Shown in pieces: positions 17,755 through 28,054 of a DNA stretch of 64,000 bases. The notes beneath the pieces were generated by a model. That model saw only the letters and a program-made list of their open reading frames with translations. It did not search any database and was not told the DNA's origin. The DNA comes from a virus. Taxonomy: Duplodnaviria > Caudoviricetes. Where the stretch lies: positions 1 through 64,000 of the IMG/VR virus record IMGVR_UViG_3300035190_000444; one strand, given 5' to 3'. The translations under genes and the position numbers were made by a program. Position 1 is the first letter of the stretch. Each line of letters opens with the position of its first letter.

Positions 17755-18156
17755 TTATTCCACAGCTTGTTGTTTAAATAAATTAGGGTGCATTTTACCC
17801 CATTTACGCATGATAACAGCAGCTTGCGCATTTGCTTCGTTTTCATGATCGCTCCCATCGTTGCCACTGTCTGGAGTTAACTCATTGTTTAAGTCTTGTC
17901 TATAATGCACAAGCTCATGTGCTAACGTTCTACATACATCCATAATATGTCTATTAGATAAGGTAACAGTTATATGTTTATCACCGTATCCGCCAAATGA
18001 TCTAAATTCTACACTACGATCGTTACCGTCTTGCATTTCGATATTTGGTAATTCTTGTAAACCTAATTCAGAAGATGCAAATTTAATAAATTTACTAATT
18101 ATATTAGTAGCGTTATTGCGAGATAACCCTTCTGTTAATATTTCATGTACTTTCAT
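17755..18156 (-). CDS. zincin-like metallopeptidase (MKVHEILTE start)
   Basis: RTLAHELVHYRQ (HExxH) plus ENEANA. Confidence 0.7.
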   Translation of the reverse strand: MKVHEILTEGLSRNNATNIISKFIKFASSELGLQELPNIEMQDGNDRSVEFRSFGGYGDKHITVTLSNRHIMDVCRTLAHELVHYRQDLNNELTPDSGNDGSDHENEANAQAAVIMRKWGKMHPNLFKQQAVE

Positions 18157-18171
18157 AATAATACTTATCTT

Positions 18172-18357
18172 CTACATGATTAACGCTAATATAAATGCAT
18201 CTTCACTACTAATAGCATCAATATTTAGTCTAGCATTTTCTTGTTCAAACAACTCTAACCCTTGATTTGCAGTGTCATACCGTACTGCAGCAACTGTTGG
18301 TTGACCACTGCTTGTACTACTAGTTCCGTTGTTTAAATATGTTGAAAGTTTTATCAT
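18172..18357 (-). CDS. small hypothetical protein
   Basis: AAGGA RBS and late motif. Confidence 0.5.
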   Translation of the reverse strand: MIKLSTYLNNGTSSTSSGQPTVAAVRYDTANQGLELFEQENARLNIDAISSEDAFILALIM

Positions 18358-18380
18358 TGTTATTCCTTTACTATATTTAT

Positions 18381-18830
18381 TTAAATAGGAGTATCCGGAA
18401 ATGTAACATTAAACGGAAAACCTTCTTGTGTAGTAATATCACGTAACGATTGTCTGTATGTAGACCAAGATGTTTTAACTGCTTTAGTAAACGGTGCATC
18501 AGTTACTTGTGTCCAGTCAGACTCTTTTAATAATTGATCGCGTTTTTCTCTAACATTTGCAGATTCAACTGCAATATCAGCTGCAAGATCTTCTTCAGTC
18601 TTATCAGCAACTTCAACAGTAAAGACTTGATTATCTTCAATAACTGGCTCACAACTAACTAATTTTTCAGTACTTTTATTATGAGGTCTCCATACAGTTA
18701 CACCAAGAGCAGAATTTTCTTTCATAAATTCATCGTTTGGGCCAGTTGGCGGAAATGTAGTGTTTGAGAACACCTCCTTATAATGGCCAATTTTTACTAT
18801 TTTATTGTTTTTAATTAATGCTATTTCCAT
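18381..18830 (-). CDS. tail fibre assembly chaperone-like protein
   Basis: VREKRDQLLKESDWTQ..D, W..YRQSLRDIT.Q.GFP. Confidence 0.8.
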   Translation of the reverse strand: MEIALIKNNKIVKIGHYKEVFSNTTFPPTGPNDEFMKENSALGVTVWRPHNKSTEKLVSCEPVIEDNQVFTVEVADKTEEDLAADIAVESANVREKRDQLLKESDWTQVTDAPFTKAVKTSWSTYRQSLRDITTQEGFPFNVTFPDTPI

Positions 18831-18839
18831 GATTATTCC

Positions 18840-20288
18840 TTATGATACAGGCAATTGATATGTTGGGGGAGTAAAGTTAGCAGTGTATCTTGCAGTACCT
18901 TTAGTAACACGAAAGTTATCAATATATCCATTAATATAATCACCATTTGAAGTCTGTCTAACACCAATTGTCCACGGTTGTCCTGCAGAGTCAATAGATG
19001 TTGATGATGTAAAAGTTGATTCTTGTACACCGTTAACAAACATTCTAAATGTAGATCCGGATCTACTTACAGCTACATGATACCATACATTATTTACTAT
19101 GTTAGTTGTACTTGCAACAACTGACCCTGAACCTGGGTTTATATTATATGAATAGAAATTAAATCCAGAGCCACCGCCGGCAGCTTGTACAAATAAATCA
19201 ATGCTGCCAGCTGCCCATCCAATTACACTTGAAGTTGAAAATAATGACGGATAATTTGGAAATCCGGCTACTCTACTAGTTTGATTAAACCACAGCTCAA
19301 TTGTAAAATCAGAAGTTCCAAAATATAAACTAGAATTGGTCGGTATTGTTAAGTAATCTCCTACTCCGTCTAAATAAATGCTTCCGGTTCCTGCTATTTT
19401 TTTACTAGTATTAACTTGTGTATTACCGGAAAGTGTTACTGTTCTAGCATACGTGCTTATATCGGTAATTGATGTACTTCCGTTTGATCCGTCTCCGGTT
19501 AATGCTAATAATACGCTACTCCATAACGGATCAACAGTTGGTGGAACAACAGATGACGCCGTAGGCAACGCTGCAGTTGGAGGCGTAAAGTTAGCAGTGT
19601 ATCGTGCTAATCCTTTAGTAATACGGCAATCATCAACAAATCCATTAAATGACCCGTTATTACTCCATCCAAAATATGCAGGACCTTGTTGATCGTCAAT
19701 TGCTCCAGAGATTGTAAAGCACGGATATCCAACTCCGTTACAATATAATGTAATTTGTGTTCCATATCGTACTACTGCCAAGTGTATCCATGAACCTGCA
19801 GAATATGTGCCGTACCCGCTGGTACTAAGCCAATTAGATCCGCCACTGTTACGAACTAATACATAAAAATTAGAACTACCATTTTGAGTTTCTAATCTTA
19901 GCGAACCGTAGGTAGTACCAGAGTTAATGTTAACCGAAAACACTCCTTGGAATGCAGCAATTGCATTAAAATATGCCCAACATTCTACTGTAAAATCACC
20001 TGATCTAAAATTAAAATCTGGAGAATAAGCTGCTTTAAGATATGACCCACTAGGGACTGAGACGCCTGGTGTACATACCATGCTTCCAGTTCCAAATTTC
20101 TTAGTTGCAGTTGACACAGTTGCATTATTTACAGTAATAGATTTTGGTACCAAACTTAAATCTGAAAATGATGTACTGCCATTAGTCCCGTCACAATTAA
20201 ACATCAATACAACGTTATCAAAATACGGGTCTAACCCGCTAGTACTTGAACTAGTTGATACTGAATTTATAATTTTACGAACAATCAT
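18840..20288 (-). CDS. virion protein with two LamG/concanavalin A-like domains
   Basis: Two DFT(V/I)E.W...W.H.AV.R.G...G.(V/I)D..R.TKG.ARYTANFTPP repeats. Confidence 0.85.
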   Translation of the reverse strand: MIVRKIINSVSTSSSTSGLDPYFDNVVLMFNCDGTNGSTSFSDLSLVPKSITVNNATVSTATKKFGTGSMVCTPGVSVPSGSYLKAAYSPDFNFRSGDFTVECWAYFNAIAAFQGVFSVNINSGTTYGSLRLETQNGSSNFYVLVRNSGGSNWLSTSGYGTYSAGSWIHLAVVRYGTQITLYCNGVGYPCFTISGAIDDQQGPAYFGWSNNGSFNGFVDDCRITKGLARYTANFTPPTAALPTASSVVPPTVDPLWSSVLLALTGDGSNGSTSITDISTYARTVTLSGNTQVNTSKKIAGTGSIYLDGVGDYLTIPTNSSLYFGTSDFTIELWFNQTSRVAGFPNYPSLFSTSSVIGWAAGSIDLFVQAAGGGSGFNFYSYNINPGSGSVVASTTNIVNNVWYHVAVSRSGSTFRMFVNGVQESTFTSSTSIDSAGQPWTIGVRQTSNGDYINGYIDNFRVTKGTARYTANFTPPTYQLPVS

Positions 20289-20773
20289 TATTTTATATCC
20301 TTACCAACTAATAATCCTGTCCACGTAGCTCCAGCATCGTATGTATAAAACACAAAACTGTCACGGCCTGCAGATGTTAATCCACTCGGAGCTGTGCCGC
20401 TCACCCATTTAACAGTAGAAGTGCCACCAGCAGCCACTGACAATGTCCATGTAATAGTTGCTAATCCAGCATTAGTTAAATCCAACACAAATGAACCAAC
20501 CGTACCAGTAGTTGGAATGTTGCTTACCGTAAATGAAACAGTAGTAGCAGTTAATGTCTTGGTAAAGTATGAACCTAACGACAAATCTATGTCTAATGCA
20601 GCCATTGCTACTTTAGTTTCATAAGAACCTAATGCAGTAATAGTCTTATTAGTTAATGTTTGAGTATCGGTTGTGCCAACAATTGTTCCAGCAGGGTAAC
20701 CTGCTATAGTATCAGTAGTTTGTAATTCTTGTATTGTAGTGCCGTTAAGCACTAATGGATATCTTGCTGTCAT
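20288..20773 (-). CDS. tail-associated structural protein
   Basis: TQTLTNKT motif, in fibre operon. Confidence 0.6.
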   Translation of the reverse strand: MTARYPLVLNGTTIQELQTTDTIAGYPAGTIVGTTDTQTLTNKTITALGSYETKVAMAALDIDLSLGSYFTKTLTATTVSFTVSNIPTTGTVGSFVLDLTNAGLATITWTLSVAAGGTSTVKWVSGTAPSGLTSAGRDSFVFYTYDAGATWTGLLVGKDIK

Positions 20774-22146
20774 TAAGTTATACTCACCTGTATTGTTGTA
20801 CTAGAACGGTTTAAAACTGCTAGGTATCCAGTAGTTAAAAGGACACTTGAACTTGTAGTTCCGTCTCTTTTTAAAACTTCTACTGTTTTTGAAATTGTTC
20901 CCCAACTAGCAGTAGTACCGTCTGTTGTTAGATATTTAGTAGCATTGCCTGTTTGTGATGGCAATGAAATGGGCGCAGGTTGCGAACTCCAAGTAGTGCC
21001 ATCACTAGTTAATACGTTACCAGTAGTGCCCGGAGCAACAACTTGTAATGCACTGGTGCCATTACCTAATAATACATTGTTTGCAGCTAATTCTGCCCCT
21101 GATTCACCTAACGACCGCCAAGTTGATGTTGCTTCAATGTATATAAATGAAACATATACCCCATTAGTAGATAACACATATGAAGAACTTCCGTCAATAG
21201 TTTTACCACTGCCTGGAATTAATGTAACATTATGTGTAGAAAATGAATTAGTTGAATCAACAATACCAATTATAGATCCGTCAACCGGAGCACTTGGAAA
21301 TGTAATTGAAAAACTAGCAGCAGATGAATCGCATCTAACTAAATCGTTTCCTGAAGCAACATAGTTGTTGGATATAATAGCAGTTGAATTTAATGCACCA
21401 TCATTATGAATAATAGGTGTTTCAAGTATTTTCCAGTTTAAATCTGCTAGCACATAAACAACTGAAATATAAGTACCGCTTATATCTAAAATAACACCAG
21501 TATTATTTTCAATCGTTTTGCCAGTGTTTGGTAAAAGAGTAACTGGATGTTCTGCAAACTTAGAATCTACATCTGTAATACCAATTATTGCCCCATCGGG
21601 CGGGTTTAATGGAAGTGTTACTGAAAAACTGCTAGCAGTTGAATTACATCTAACTAAATCGTTTGCAACTGCAGTATACGCAGAAGTTTTAATTGGTGTT
21701 GGTGATAAACCCCCGCCGCCTCCCCCGCCGCCTCCTAATACACTAGCACCGGAACTATCAACAATGTCGCCACCTGACGGTAATTGTATTTCGCCATCGC
21801 TATTAAATGTCCAAGTATTAGCATTATTGACTATTGTTAAATCGCCATTAATAGTTGCTCCAGCAAACGTAGGACTTGCAGTAGTTTGCAAATCCTGCGG
21901 AGTGCCAATAGTAATAACTGTTCCAACTGTAGTAACAGTTACGCCGTAGTTAGTACTAAATGTTGGAGTATTTATTAAATCTGCATAATCATTACTTATT
22001 GTTACAATCGAGTCAACAGAAGAGACTGTTTTTTTAATAAACAGTCTCCCGTCGTATGTATTAATTGATAACTCACCTGAAGATAAATCACTTACTAATG
22101 GTACCTTTAAATGTGTATTACTTCGTTTATGTAAAATAAGTGTCAT
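20773..22146 (-). CDS. tail fibre protein
   Basis: GELSIN.DG N-terminus, two NDLVRC...FS.T.P repeats, GNVLTSDG motifs. Confidence 0.7.
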   Translation of the reverse strand: MTLILHKRSNTHLKVPLVSDLSSGELSINTYDGRLFIKKTVSSVDSIVTISNDYADLINTPTFSTNYGVTVTTVGTVITIGTPQDLQTTASPTFAGATINGDLTIVNNANTWTFNSDGEIQLPSGGDIVDSSGASVLGGGGGGGGGLSPTPIKTSAYTAVANDLVRCNSTASSFSVTLPLNPPDGAIIGITDVDSKFAEHPVTLLPNTGKTIENNTGVILDISGTYISVVYVLADLNWKILETPIIHNDGALNSTAIISNNYVASGNDLVRCDSSAASFSITFPSAPVDGSIIGIVDSTNSFSTHNVTLIPGSGKTIDGSSSYVLSTNGVYVSFIYIEATSTWRSLGESGAELAANNVLLGNGTSALQVVAPGTTGNVLTSDGTTWSSQPAPISLPSQTGNATKYLTTDGTTASWGTISKTVEVLKRDGTTSSSVLLTTGYLAVLNRSSTTIQVSIT

Positions 22147-22156
22147 AATAGCCTTA

Positions 22157-24877
22157 TTAGAAAGTACCGCCGTCTACGTCTGCCCATGATGGAAGACCAC
22201 TGGTTGGATCTAGTAACATTACTTGACCTGGGTTGCCTTTAGCAAGTTTTGATAAAGTATTAGTTGCAGATGCATATAGAATATCACCAGCTGCGTATGT
22301 GCTAAACCCGGTACCGCCGTATGCTGATGCAACTACTGTACCTTGCCAAGTACCAGTTCCAATTGTACCTAATGTAGTAATACTTGTTTGACCAACGTAT
22401 GTGCTAGCAATGTCAATGCTATCAGCATTTATAGTAATTCTGTTTGTAGTACCGCCGATATCAAACACACCGGCGTCAAATGTTAAACCTGCACCAGCTG
22501 CTGATGATGCAATTTGTACATTACCACCGCTTACTGTAAGACCATTTGAAGTGTTTACGCTAAATGAGTTACCAGTTAATGTTAACCCTGCACCTGCAAG
22601 CCACGAACCTTGTCCAGCAAACTGTGTAAATGTAATTTCAGTTGTACCAAAAACTACACCTTCAACTGATTGTACATAACCATAACCTGAGTCATTAACA
22701 TAAACAAAGTCACCACCGCCTAAATCACCATATCCAAATGCAAGGTTAACTGCACCAGTTGTACCGTGGTTAGTAGTTAATGTAATTTGAGTTGGGCTAT
22801 CGATCGATGCAATTTGTGCTCCTGCCCCTAATACACCGGATCCGCCTACTTTGTATGCAGGCATACCAACTCTTAATTTTTCAGTAGTACCGACTGAAAA
22901 TACAATAGTTGCAACACCAGATGTTAACGTAGATGTAAATCCATTTTGTGCATATGACATATCAGCATCGATTGCACGAACAAATGTAGTAGCAGTTGCC
23001 CAAACATAGATACCGTTTTGTTTTTTGTCTGTTTGCCCTATTAACAATACACGTTCACCGCCATGATCGGTAAATGTTGCAGTTTCAGCGCCGCCTAACC
23101 ATGTATATGTAAATGTAGGAGCAGCTGAGAATGTTAAGTATGAACCTGGACCAAAATCGCCTAAGTACGGAGCAGTAGCAGGACCTGCAGTATATGTAGC
23201 TGCCCCGGCATCTGCTAGTAATACAAAGTCAACCGGCGCATGTGTATGTAAGCCTTGTGCTAGTGAATCAACATAATCTTTAGTTACAGCATCTGTTGCA
23301 GCAGTTGGGTCACCTAAGTTTGTAAGTTTATATCCATTTAACGATACTGTACCGTTAAATGATGAAGTACCAATTACATTTAATGTGCCACCAACTTCTG
23401 TATTACCAGTAGCTGATGCAACTGTAAATTTACTAGTAGCAACCGAAAAATCGCCCGAAAATGCACCAGACCCTGCAGTTACTGCAGCTAATGTAGATGT
23501 ACCAGTTACGTTTAATGTACCAGCAACTGCAGTGTTACCTGTTGATGCAGCAACTGTAAATTTGTTAGTGTTTACGTTAAAGTTACCAGTAACGTCAGTT
23601 TGTCCAGTTACGTTTAATGTACCAGCAACTGCAGTATTACCAGTTAATGCTGCAACTGTAAATTTGTTAGTAGCAATTGCAAAGTCACCACCTGCGCTTA
23701 ATGTGCCAGCAGCTGCAGTATTACCCGTAGCCGAAGCAACTGTAAACTTGTTAGTAGCAACTGCAAAGTCACCTGACAAGTTTAATGCAGTTAATGAAGT
23801 TGTACCAGTAACACCTAATGTACCAGCAATTGTAGTATCACCTGTTGCTGCGGCAATTGTAAATTTAGTAGTAGCAACTGCAATGTCACCGGAGAATGTA
23901 GCTGAAGTTGAACTTAACGTACCAGTAGTAGTATTGCCGGCATGTAATGTGCCTGATATAGTAGTGTTGCCTGATGCAGTATCAACTACAAATTTATCAG
24001 TCGACCCGTCAGTAATTTTAAAATATTCAGCCGCAGCAGTCGAGTTACCTGAAATAGTAAGACCATTACTAAATGTAGCCAAGTCAGTAAATGCTGAAGT
24101 ACCAACAACACTTAAATTACCGCCAGTCCAAATATTTCCAGCAATGCCTGCTCCGCCTGCAACTTGTAATGCACCTGAAGTAGCATTGCCTGTATTTGCA
24201 GTAGTTTGTAATAATTTTAAAGCAGCTATGTCTAATTTTGCAACTTCTACTGCAGAAGTGTTGTTACTTGCATAAAAGTGTAATATGTCATCACTTACAC
24301 CAGGTGACGTTTCTGCAATAATATATGTAAGATTATCAACTGATCTTACGCCGCCTAATGATGCCCAGTTACCTGCACCGCTTGTACCAGTATAACCTTC
24401 AAACGAGTTAGTAGTTGTGTTATAACGAATCGCACCTGATATTGCAGGACTTTGCTGTGCAGTAGTACCATTTGGAAGAATAAATGCATTAGTACCGCTA
24501 ATTTGCACATACCCTGTTCCATTTGGAGTAAGTGTAATGTTACCATTTGAATTAGTAGAACTAATAACACCTGTGCTGCCAGTAAGTGTTAAATTGCCAA
24601 CATTGATTACATCAATTTTGCTGTTTGAATCAACAATAAGTGCAGAGCTTGCAGTTAAAGTACCAGCAACATGATCTAACATGTCTGTAAAATATTTACC
24701 ACCAACTACAAACGGAGTAGTACTTGCGTCATCTGCGCCTATCCCGATAAATAATCTGTCACCAGTATTTGACTGGGTACCTAAAAGTGATGAATACCCT
24801 AATTCACCAACTGCAAGTGTACCGGTGGTAATTGCAGTAGTACTGGTTCTTTTAATTCTTATTTTTGAACTTGCCAT
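22157..24877 (-). CDS. long tail fibre protein
   Basis: IRIKR..GELGY start, multiple KFTVA..TGNT.VAGTL repeats, DAVTKDYVD, C-terminal DGGTF. Confidence 0.75.
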   Translation of the reverse strand: MASSKIRIKRTSTTAITTGTLAVGELGYSSLLGTQSNTGDRLFIGIGADDASTTPFVVGGKYFTDMLDHVAGTLTASSALIVDSNSKIDVINVGNLTLTGSTGVISSTNSNGNITLTPNGTGYVQISGTNAFILPNGTTAQQSPAISGAIRYNTTTNSFEGYTGTSGAGNWASLGGVRSVDNLTYIIAETSPGVSDDILHFYASNNTSAVEVAKLDIAALKLLQTTANTGNATSGALQVAGGAGIAGNIWTGGNLSVVGTSAFTDLATFSNGLTISGNSTAAAEYFKITDGSTDKFVVDTASGNTTISGTLHAGNTTTGTLSSTSATFSGDIAVATTKFTIAAATGDTTIAGTLGVTGTTSLTALNLSGDFAVATNKFTVASATGNTAAAGTLSAGGDFAIATNKFTVAALTGNTAVAGTLNVTGQTDVTGNFNVNTNKFTVAASTGNTAVAGTLNVTGTSTLAAVTAGSGAFSGDFSVATSKFTVASATGNTEVGGTLNVIGTSSFNGTVSLNGYKLTNLGDPTAATDAVTKDYVDSLAQGLHTHAPVDFVLLADAGAATYTAGPATAPYLGDFGPGSYLTFSAAPTFTYTWLGGAETATFTDHGGERVLLIGQTDKKQNGIYVWATATTFVRAIDADMSYAQNGFTSTLTSGVATIVFSVGTTEKLRVGMPAYKVGGSGVLGAGAQIASIDSPTQITLTTNHGTTGAVNLAFGYGDLGGGDFVYVNDSGYGYVQSVEGVVFGTTEITFTQFAGQGSWLAGAGLTLTGNSFSVNTSNGLTVSGGNVQIASSAAGAGLTFDAGVFDIGGTTNRITINADSIDIASTYVGQTSITTLGTIGTGTWQGTVVASAYGGTGFSTYAAGDILYASATNTLSKLAKGNPGQVMLLDPTSGLPSWADVDGGTF

Positions 24878-24889
24878 ATAATTGTCCTG

Positions 24890-25240
24890 TTAAAATACTC
24901 CGCCATCCATATTTTGATTTGATAGTGAAGTTTGAACGTCCCATTGTTCTGTTATTGCGTTATAAATTAATAATGATCCGTCTGCTAAATCCCCGGGAAC
25001 GACATCAGGAATCTCTATAACTTTATTTATCTGTGGACCTGGAATCCCTTGCGGCCCTTGAGGTCCAACAGGTCCTTGTGGTCCTGATGCATACAGCAAA
25101 TCATTCCAGTGCAGTACGCCGTTACCTATTTTAAATTTTTCTGTATCCAATTCTAATGCTAGTTCGCCCTCTGCAAGAATTGGATTTACGTTAGACCATA
25201 ACTGTGCAGATCCTCGACGTATTTGAATTTGAACTGCCAT
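24890..25240 (-). CDS. Mtd-N-like small fibre protein with collagen repeat
   Basis: IQIRRG...W..VNPILAEGE...KFKIGNG; GPQG repeats. Confidence 0.7.
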   Translation of the reverse strand: MAVQIQIRRGSAQLWSNVNPILAEGELALELDTEKFKIGNGVLHWNDLLYASGPQGPVGPQGPQGIPGPQINKVIEIPDVVPGDLADGSLLIYNAITEQWDVQTSLSNQNMDGGVF

Positions 25241-25902
25241 TAAATATACCCTCCATCAATTGGATTAATTCCACCATAAACTGATCCTGGACCACCACCG
25301 TCTAGGTTTATTCCAATTGCTATTCCGCTAATATCAACTGTTACATCATTGCCAACTGTAGTTGTAGTTACACTGTCACCTGTAAAATTAATACTCGATG
25401 TTTGTGTAGTAATAGACGTACCATTAGACTTAATTGTTAATGGTGTTGCTGTTATTGAAGATACATCAACGCTAATAGTGCCGTCGAGACTAATAGCTAT
25501 TCCAGCTCCAATTTTAATACCACCTAATACACTAGGTGATGCAATTGGTAACGTATAATCTGATCCTGAACCTGTACCAAATGTAACTTCACTCCAATTT
25601 GATTCAGCATTAGGTACTGCGCCAGTTGAACTATTTCTAGATTCTCCAGTTTGCAGTTTATATGTATAGTATCGATCACCTGTCCTAGTATACAAACCAG
25701 ATATATAACTGTTTTTAACATAAACTAACATACCTTCTTGTATACGCTGTCCGTGTATATTAGTTAATCGATCATTTGTATCTCCAGTAATACTTTGTAA
25801 TGTACCACGAAGTTCTGTGTCTAATGCTATTGGCGCAGCAGTAGCAGGGCTCCACGTTCCTGGCCAAATATTCCTTGTTAACCCATCATAGTTAGATGCC
25901 AT
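25240..25902 (-). CDS. tail-associated structural protein
   Basis: YTLPIAS..LGGIKIG motif, C-terminal DGG. Confidence 0.6.
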   Translation of the reverse strand: MASNYDGLTRNIWPGTWSPATAAPIALDTELRGTLQSITGDTNDRLTNIHGQRIQEGMLVYVKNSYISGLYTRTGDRYYTYKLQTGESRNSSTGAVPNAESNWSEVTFGTGSGSDYTLPIASPSVLGGIKIGAGIAISLDGTISVDVSSITATPLTIKSNGTSITTQTSSINFTGDSVTTTTVGNDVTVDISGIAIGINLDGGGPGSVYGGINPIDGGYI

Positions 25903-27713
25903 TATGAAATACTCACGTAAGTTGAACCTGATTGTAAGGTAAATCCGTACAATTGATAATTTTCAGCAACGTAGTTAGGTAACGGCGAATCAGGTGCTAA
26001 TGCAACAGTTCCGCCATTTGTATATGCTACATCACTTAATAATCCAGCACTTGCACCAGTTTTAAATACTGTTGGTTGTGATGCTGAACTTCTTACTACA
26101 AACCAAAATGCTCTTGGATTTGCACTTGAATTAGTTATTGATTGTGTTGCTAATGTTTTAACTTGATCTCCTAAAACAGTAACACCTGTTTCTACTGTAA
26201 TGTTATTAATTATATCAGCCCTTGTTGGTATAATTAACACACTATCAGACCATAACCAAAAAGATGGATATGTAAAACTAGCAGATGCAGCAACATCATT
26301 TGTATTAGTAGGCCCAAGTGTAACATTGTATGCTGTTCCTGTTACAGCAGCTGGTCTAGATGCAGTAGTAGTTAATGTTACATATCTAGCAGTAGACTTA
26401 TTGCTATGATTAATCGGATCAGTAAATGTTAATGTGCCGCTTGCAGTAGTTGACGATACTGTTCCATTTGTACCACTAATTAAAAACGTTCTGTTACCTG
26501 CCGAAATATAAGATGTAGATGGCGTATATGTAGTAGATGCATACGAATCAAGAAACGTTTTTCCTGTTAATGCAGCAATTGATATTGAATGCAACACCGT
26601 AAGCCAGCTAACTGAAAATGTTGCAGTAGTTCCCCAACTAGCAAGGGTCGTGCCGTTATAGTAATTAAATGCAACAACTCCACTTGCAGCGCCGCCTGCT
26701 GTAGTAGTGGATAACGATCTAATATACGATGTTGAGTTATTTGTAGTAAAACTTTGAGTCCAGTCTACACCACCTGCAGGAATGTTACTATATAAACCTG
26801 CAGAATAATTTCCAAGTACGGTAGACACTGATCCACTTAATTGTGTAATTGCTATAACATTATTAATATATTGGTCAGTGATGTCGGTTGGATTGTCTAC
26901 AGTAACAGTAAAACCAGTTGCAGGGACATCCCAATTTAATGTTGATCCTGCAGACGATGTTACAGTTACAGTTGGAGTAAACGTTGCTAATGTTAATCGT
27001 AACGTATTTCCTGCAAATTCTGCAACTCTAACAGTATTTGTAATATCGTTTTCTTTGTATCCGGTAAGAGTGCGATAACTGCCGCTAGTTGACCAAACTA
27101 ATGTTTCGCTACCAGTAACAGACACTCCCGGAATCCCTTGAGGTCCAGTATCACCTGTATCGCCTTTAAGTCCTTGAGGTCCAGTATCACCAGTATCGCC
27201 TTTAAGTCCTTGAGGTCCAGTATCACCAGTATCGCCTTTAAGTCCTTGAATGCCCTGTGCGCCAGTATCGCCTTTAAGTCCTTGAGGTCCAGTATCACCA
27301 GTATCACCTTTTGGTCCTTGAGTATATTGTACACTAATGGTTCCGTCGGGATCTACAATTATACCATTACCAATTTTAACTACACCTTTCACAGTAGCTG
27401 ATGCAGTAGGTACTAAGGTAGCTGCATGCCATATACCGCTATATCGTACATATAAGTTAGATCGTACAGTATCCCACCACATTGTTCCGGGAACATTAGT
27501 TGCCGGGGGAGTAGGTGAAACAATCATTGTAGCGTTACCACCGCCTCCTGACCCACCTCCACCAAGAACTAACGGAATACCACCGAGTGATACACCGTCA
27601 GATAACCGCAGATCGCCTATGTCTTGATTGTAAAATATTGTGCCAATTTCACCAACATATGCATCTGCAACTACTGTGTTAATACGACCTGATTTAATTT
27701 TTTGAATTGTCAC
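25902..27713 (-). CDS. collagen-repeat tail fibre protein
   Basis: G-x-y repeats and T/S-rich beta C-terminus. Confidence 0.75.
   Translation of the reverse strand: MTIQKIKSGRINTVVADAYVGEIGTIFYNQDIGDLRLSDGVSLGGIPLVLGGGGSGGGGNATMIVSPTPPATNVPGTMWWDTVRSNLYVRYSGIWHAATLVPTASATVKGVVKIGNGIIVDPDGTISVQYTQGPKGDTGDTGPQGLKGDTGAQGIQGLKGDTGDTGPQGLKGDTGDTGPQGLKGDTGDTGPQGIPGVSVTGSETLVWSTSGSYRTLTGYKENDITNTVRVAEFAGNTLRLTLATFTPTVTVTSSAGSTLNWDVPATGFTVTVDNPTDITDQYINNVIAITQLSGSVSTVLGNYSAGLYSNIPAGGVDWTQSFTTNNSTSYIRSLSTTTAGGAASGVVAFNYYNGTTLASWGTTATFSVSWLTVLHSISIAALTGKTFLDSYASTTYTPSTSYISAGNRTFLISGTNGTVSSTTASGTLTFTDPINHSNKSTARYVTLTTTASRPAAVTGTAYNVTLGPTNTNDVAASASFTYPSFWLWSDSVLIIPTRADIINNITVETGVTVLGDQVKTLATQSITNSSANPRAFWFVVRSSASQPTVFKTGASAGLLSDVAYTNGGTVALAPDSPLPNYVAENYQLYGFTLQSGSTYVSIS
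27133..27321 (-). repeat. 36-bp collagen-coding tandem repeat ([12 protein letters not shown])
   Basis: Near-identical CCAGTATCGCCTTTAAGTCCTTGAGGT units. Confidence 0.85.
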
Positions 27714-27725
27714 CCGGTGTCCTTA

Positions 27726-28022
27726 TTATTTTCGAATAAGTTCTAGTATTCTTTTTAATTGATTAGTATGATCAGACACATCATCGTCAGTGGTGTCTTC
27801 TTCGGCGCCAACATCTTCAGGTTCTGTTATTTTATCAATTACTGCGCTGTCTTTGCCAGCATCAGCTTTTTTAAGTTCTAACTCTTGTTGTAACGGCGAT
27901 ACGAAGATTGGGTTTTCGTCGGGTTCTTCTGAATCGTTGCCTGCAACATCGATCTCAGGATCTCCGTCACCGTTTATTTTAATGTTTATTGGCACATTGA
28001 TTGTAAATTCTTTTGCTCTCAT
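27726..28022 (-). CDS. acidic hypothetical protein (MRAKEF start)
   Basis: Start after AAGGA RBS. Confidence 0.6.
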   Translation of the reverse strand: MRAKEFTINVPINIKINGDGDPEIDVAGNDSEEPDENPIFVSPLQQELELKKADAGKDSAVIDKITEPEDVGAEEDTTDDDVSDHTNQLKRILELIRK

Positions 28023-28054
28023 TATAAATCCTTTAGCTATACTATACTTATCTT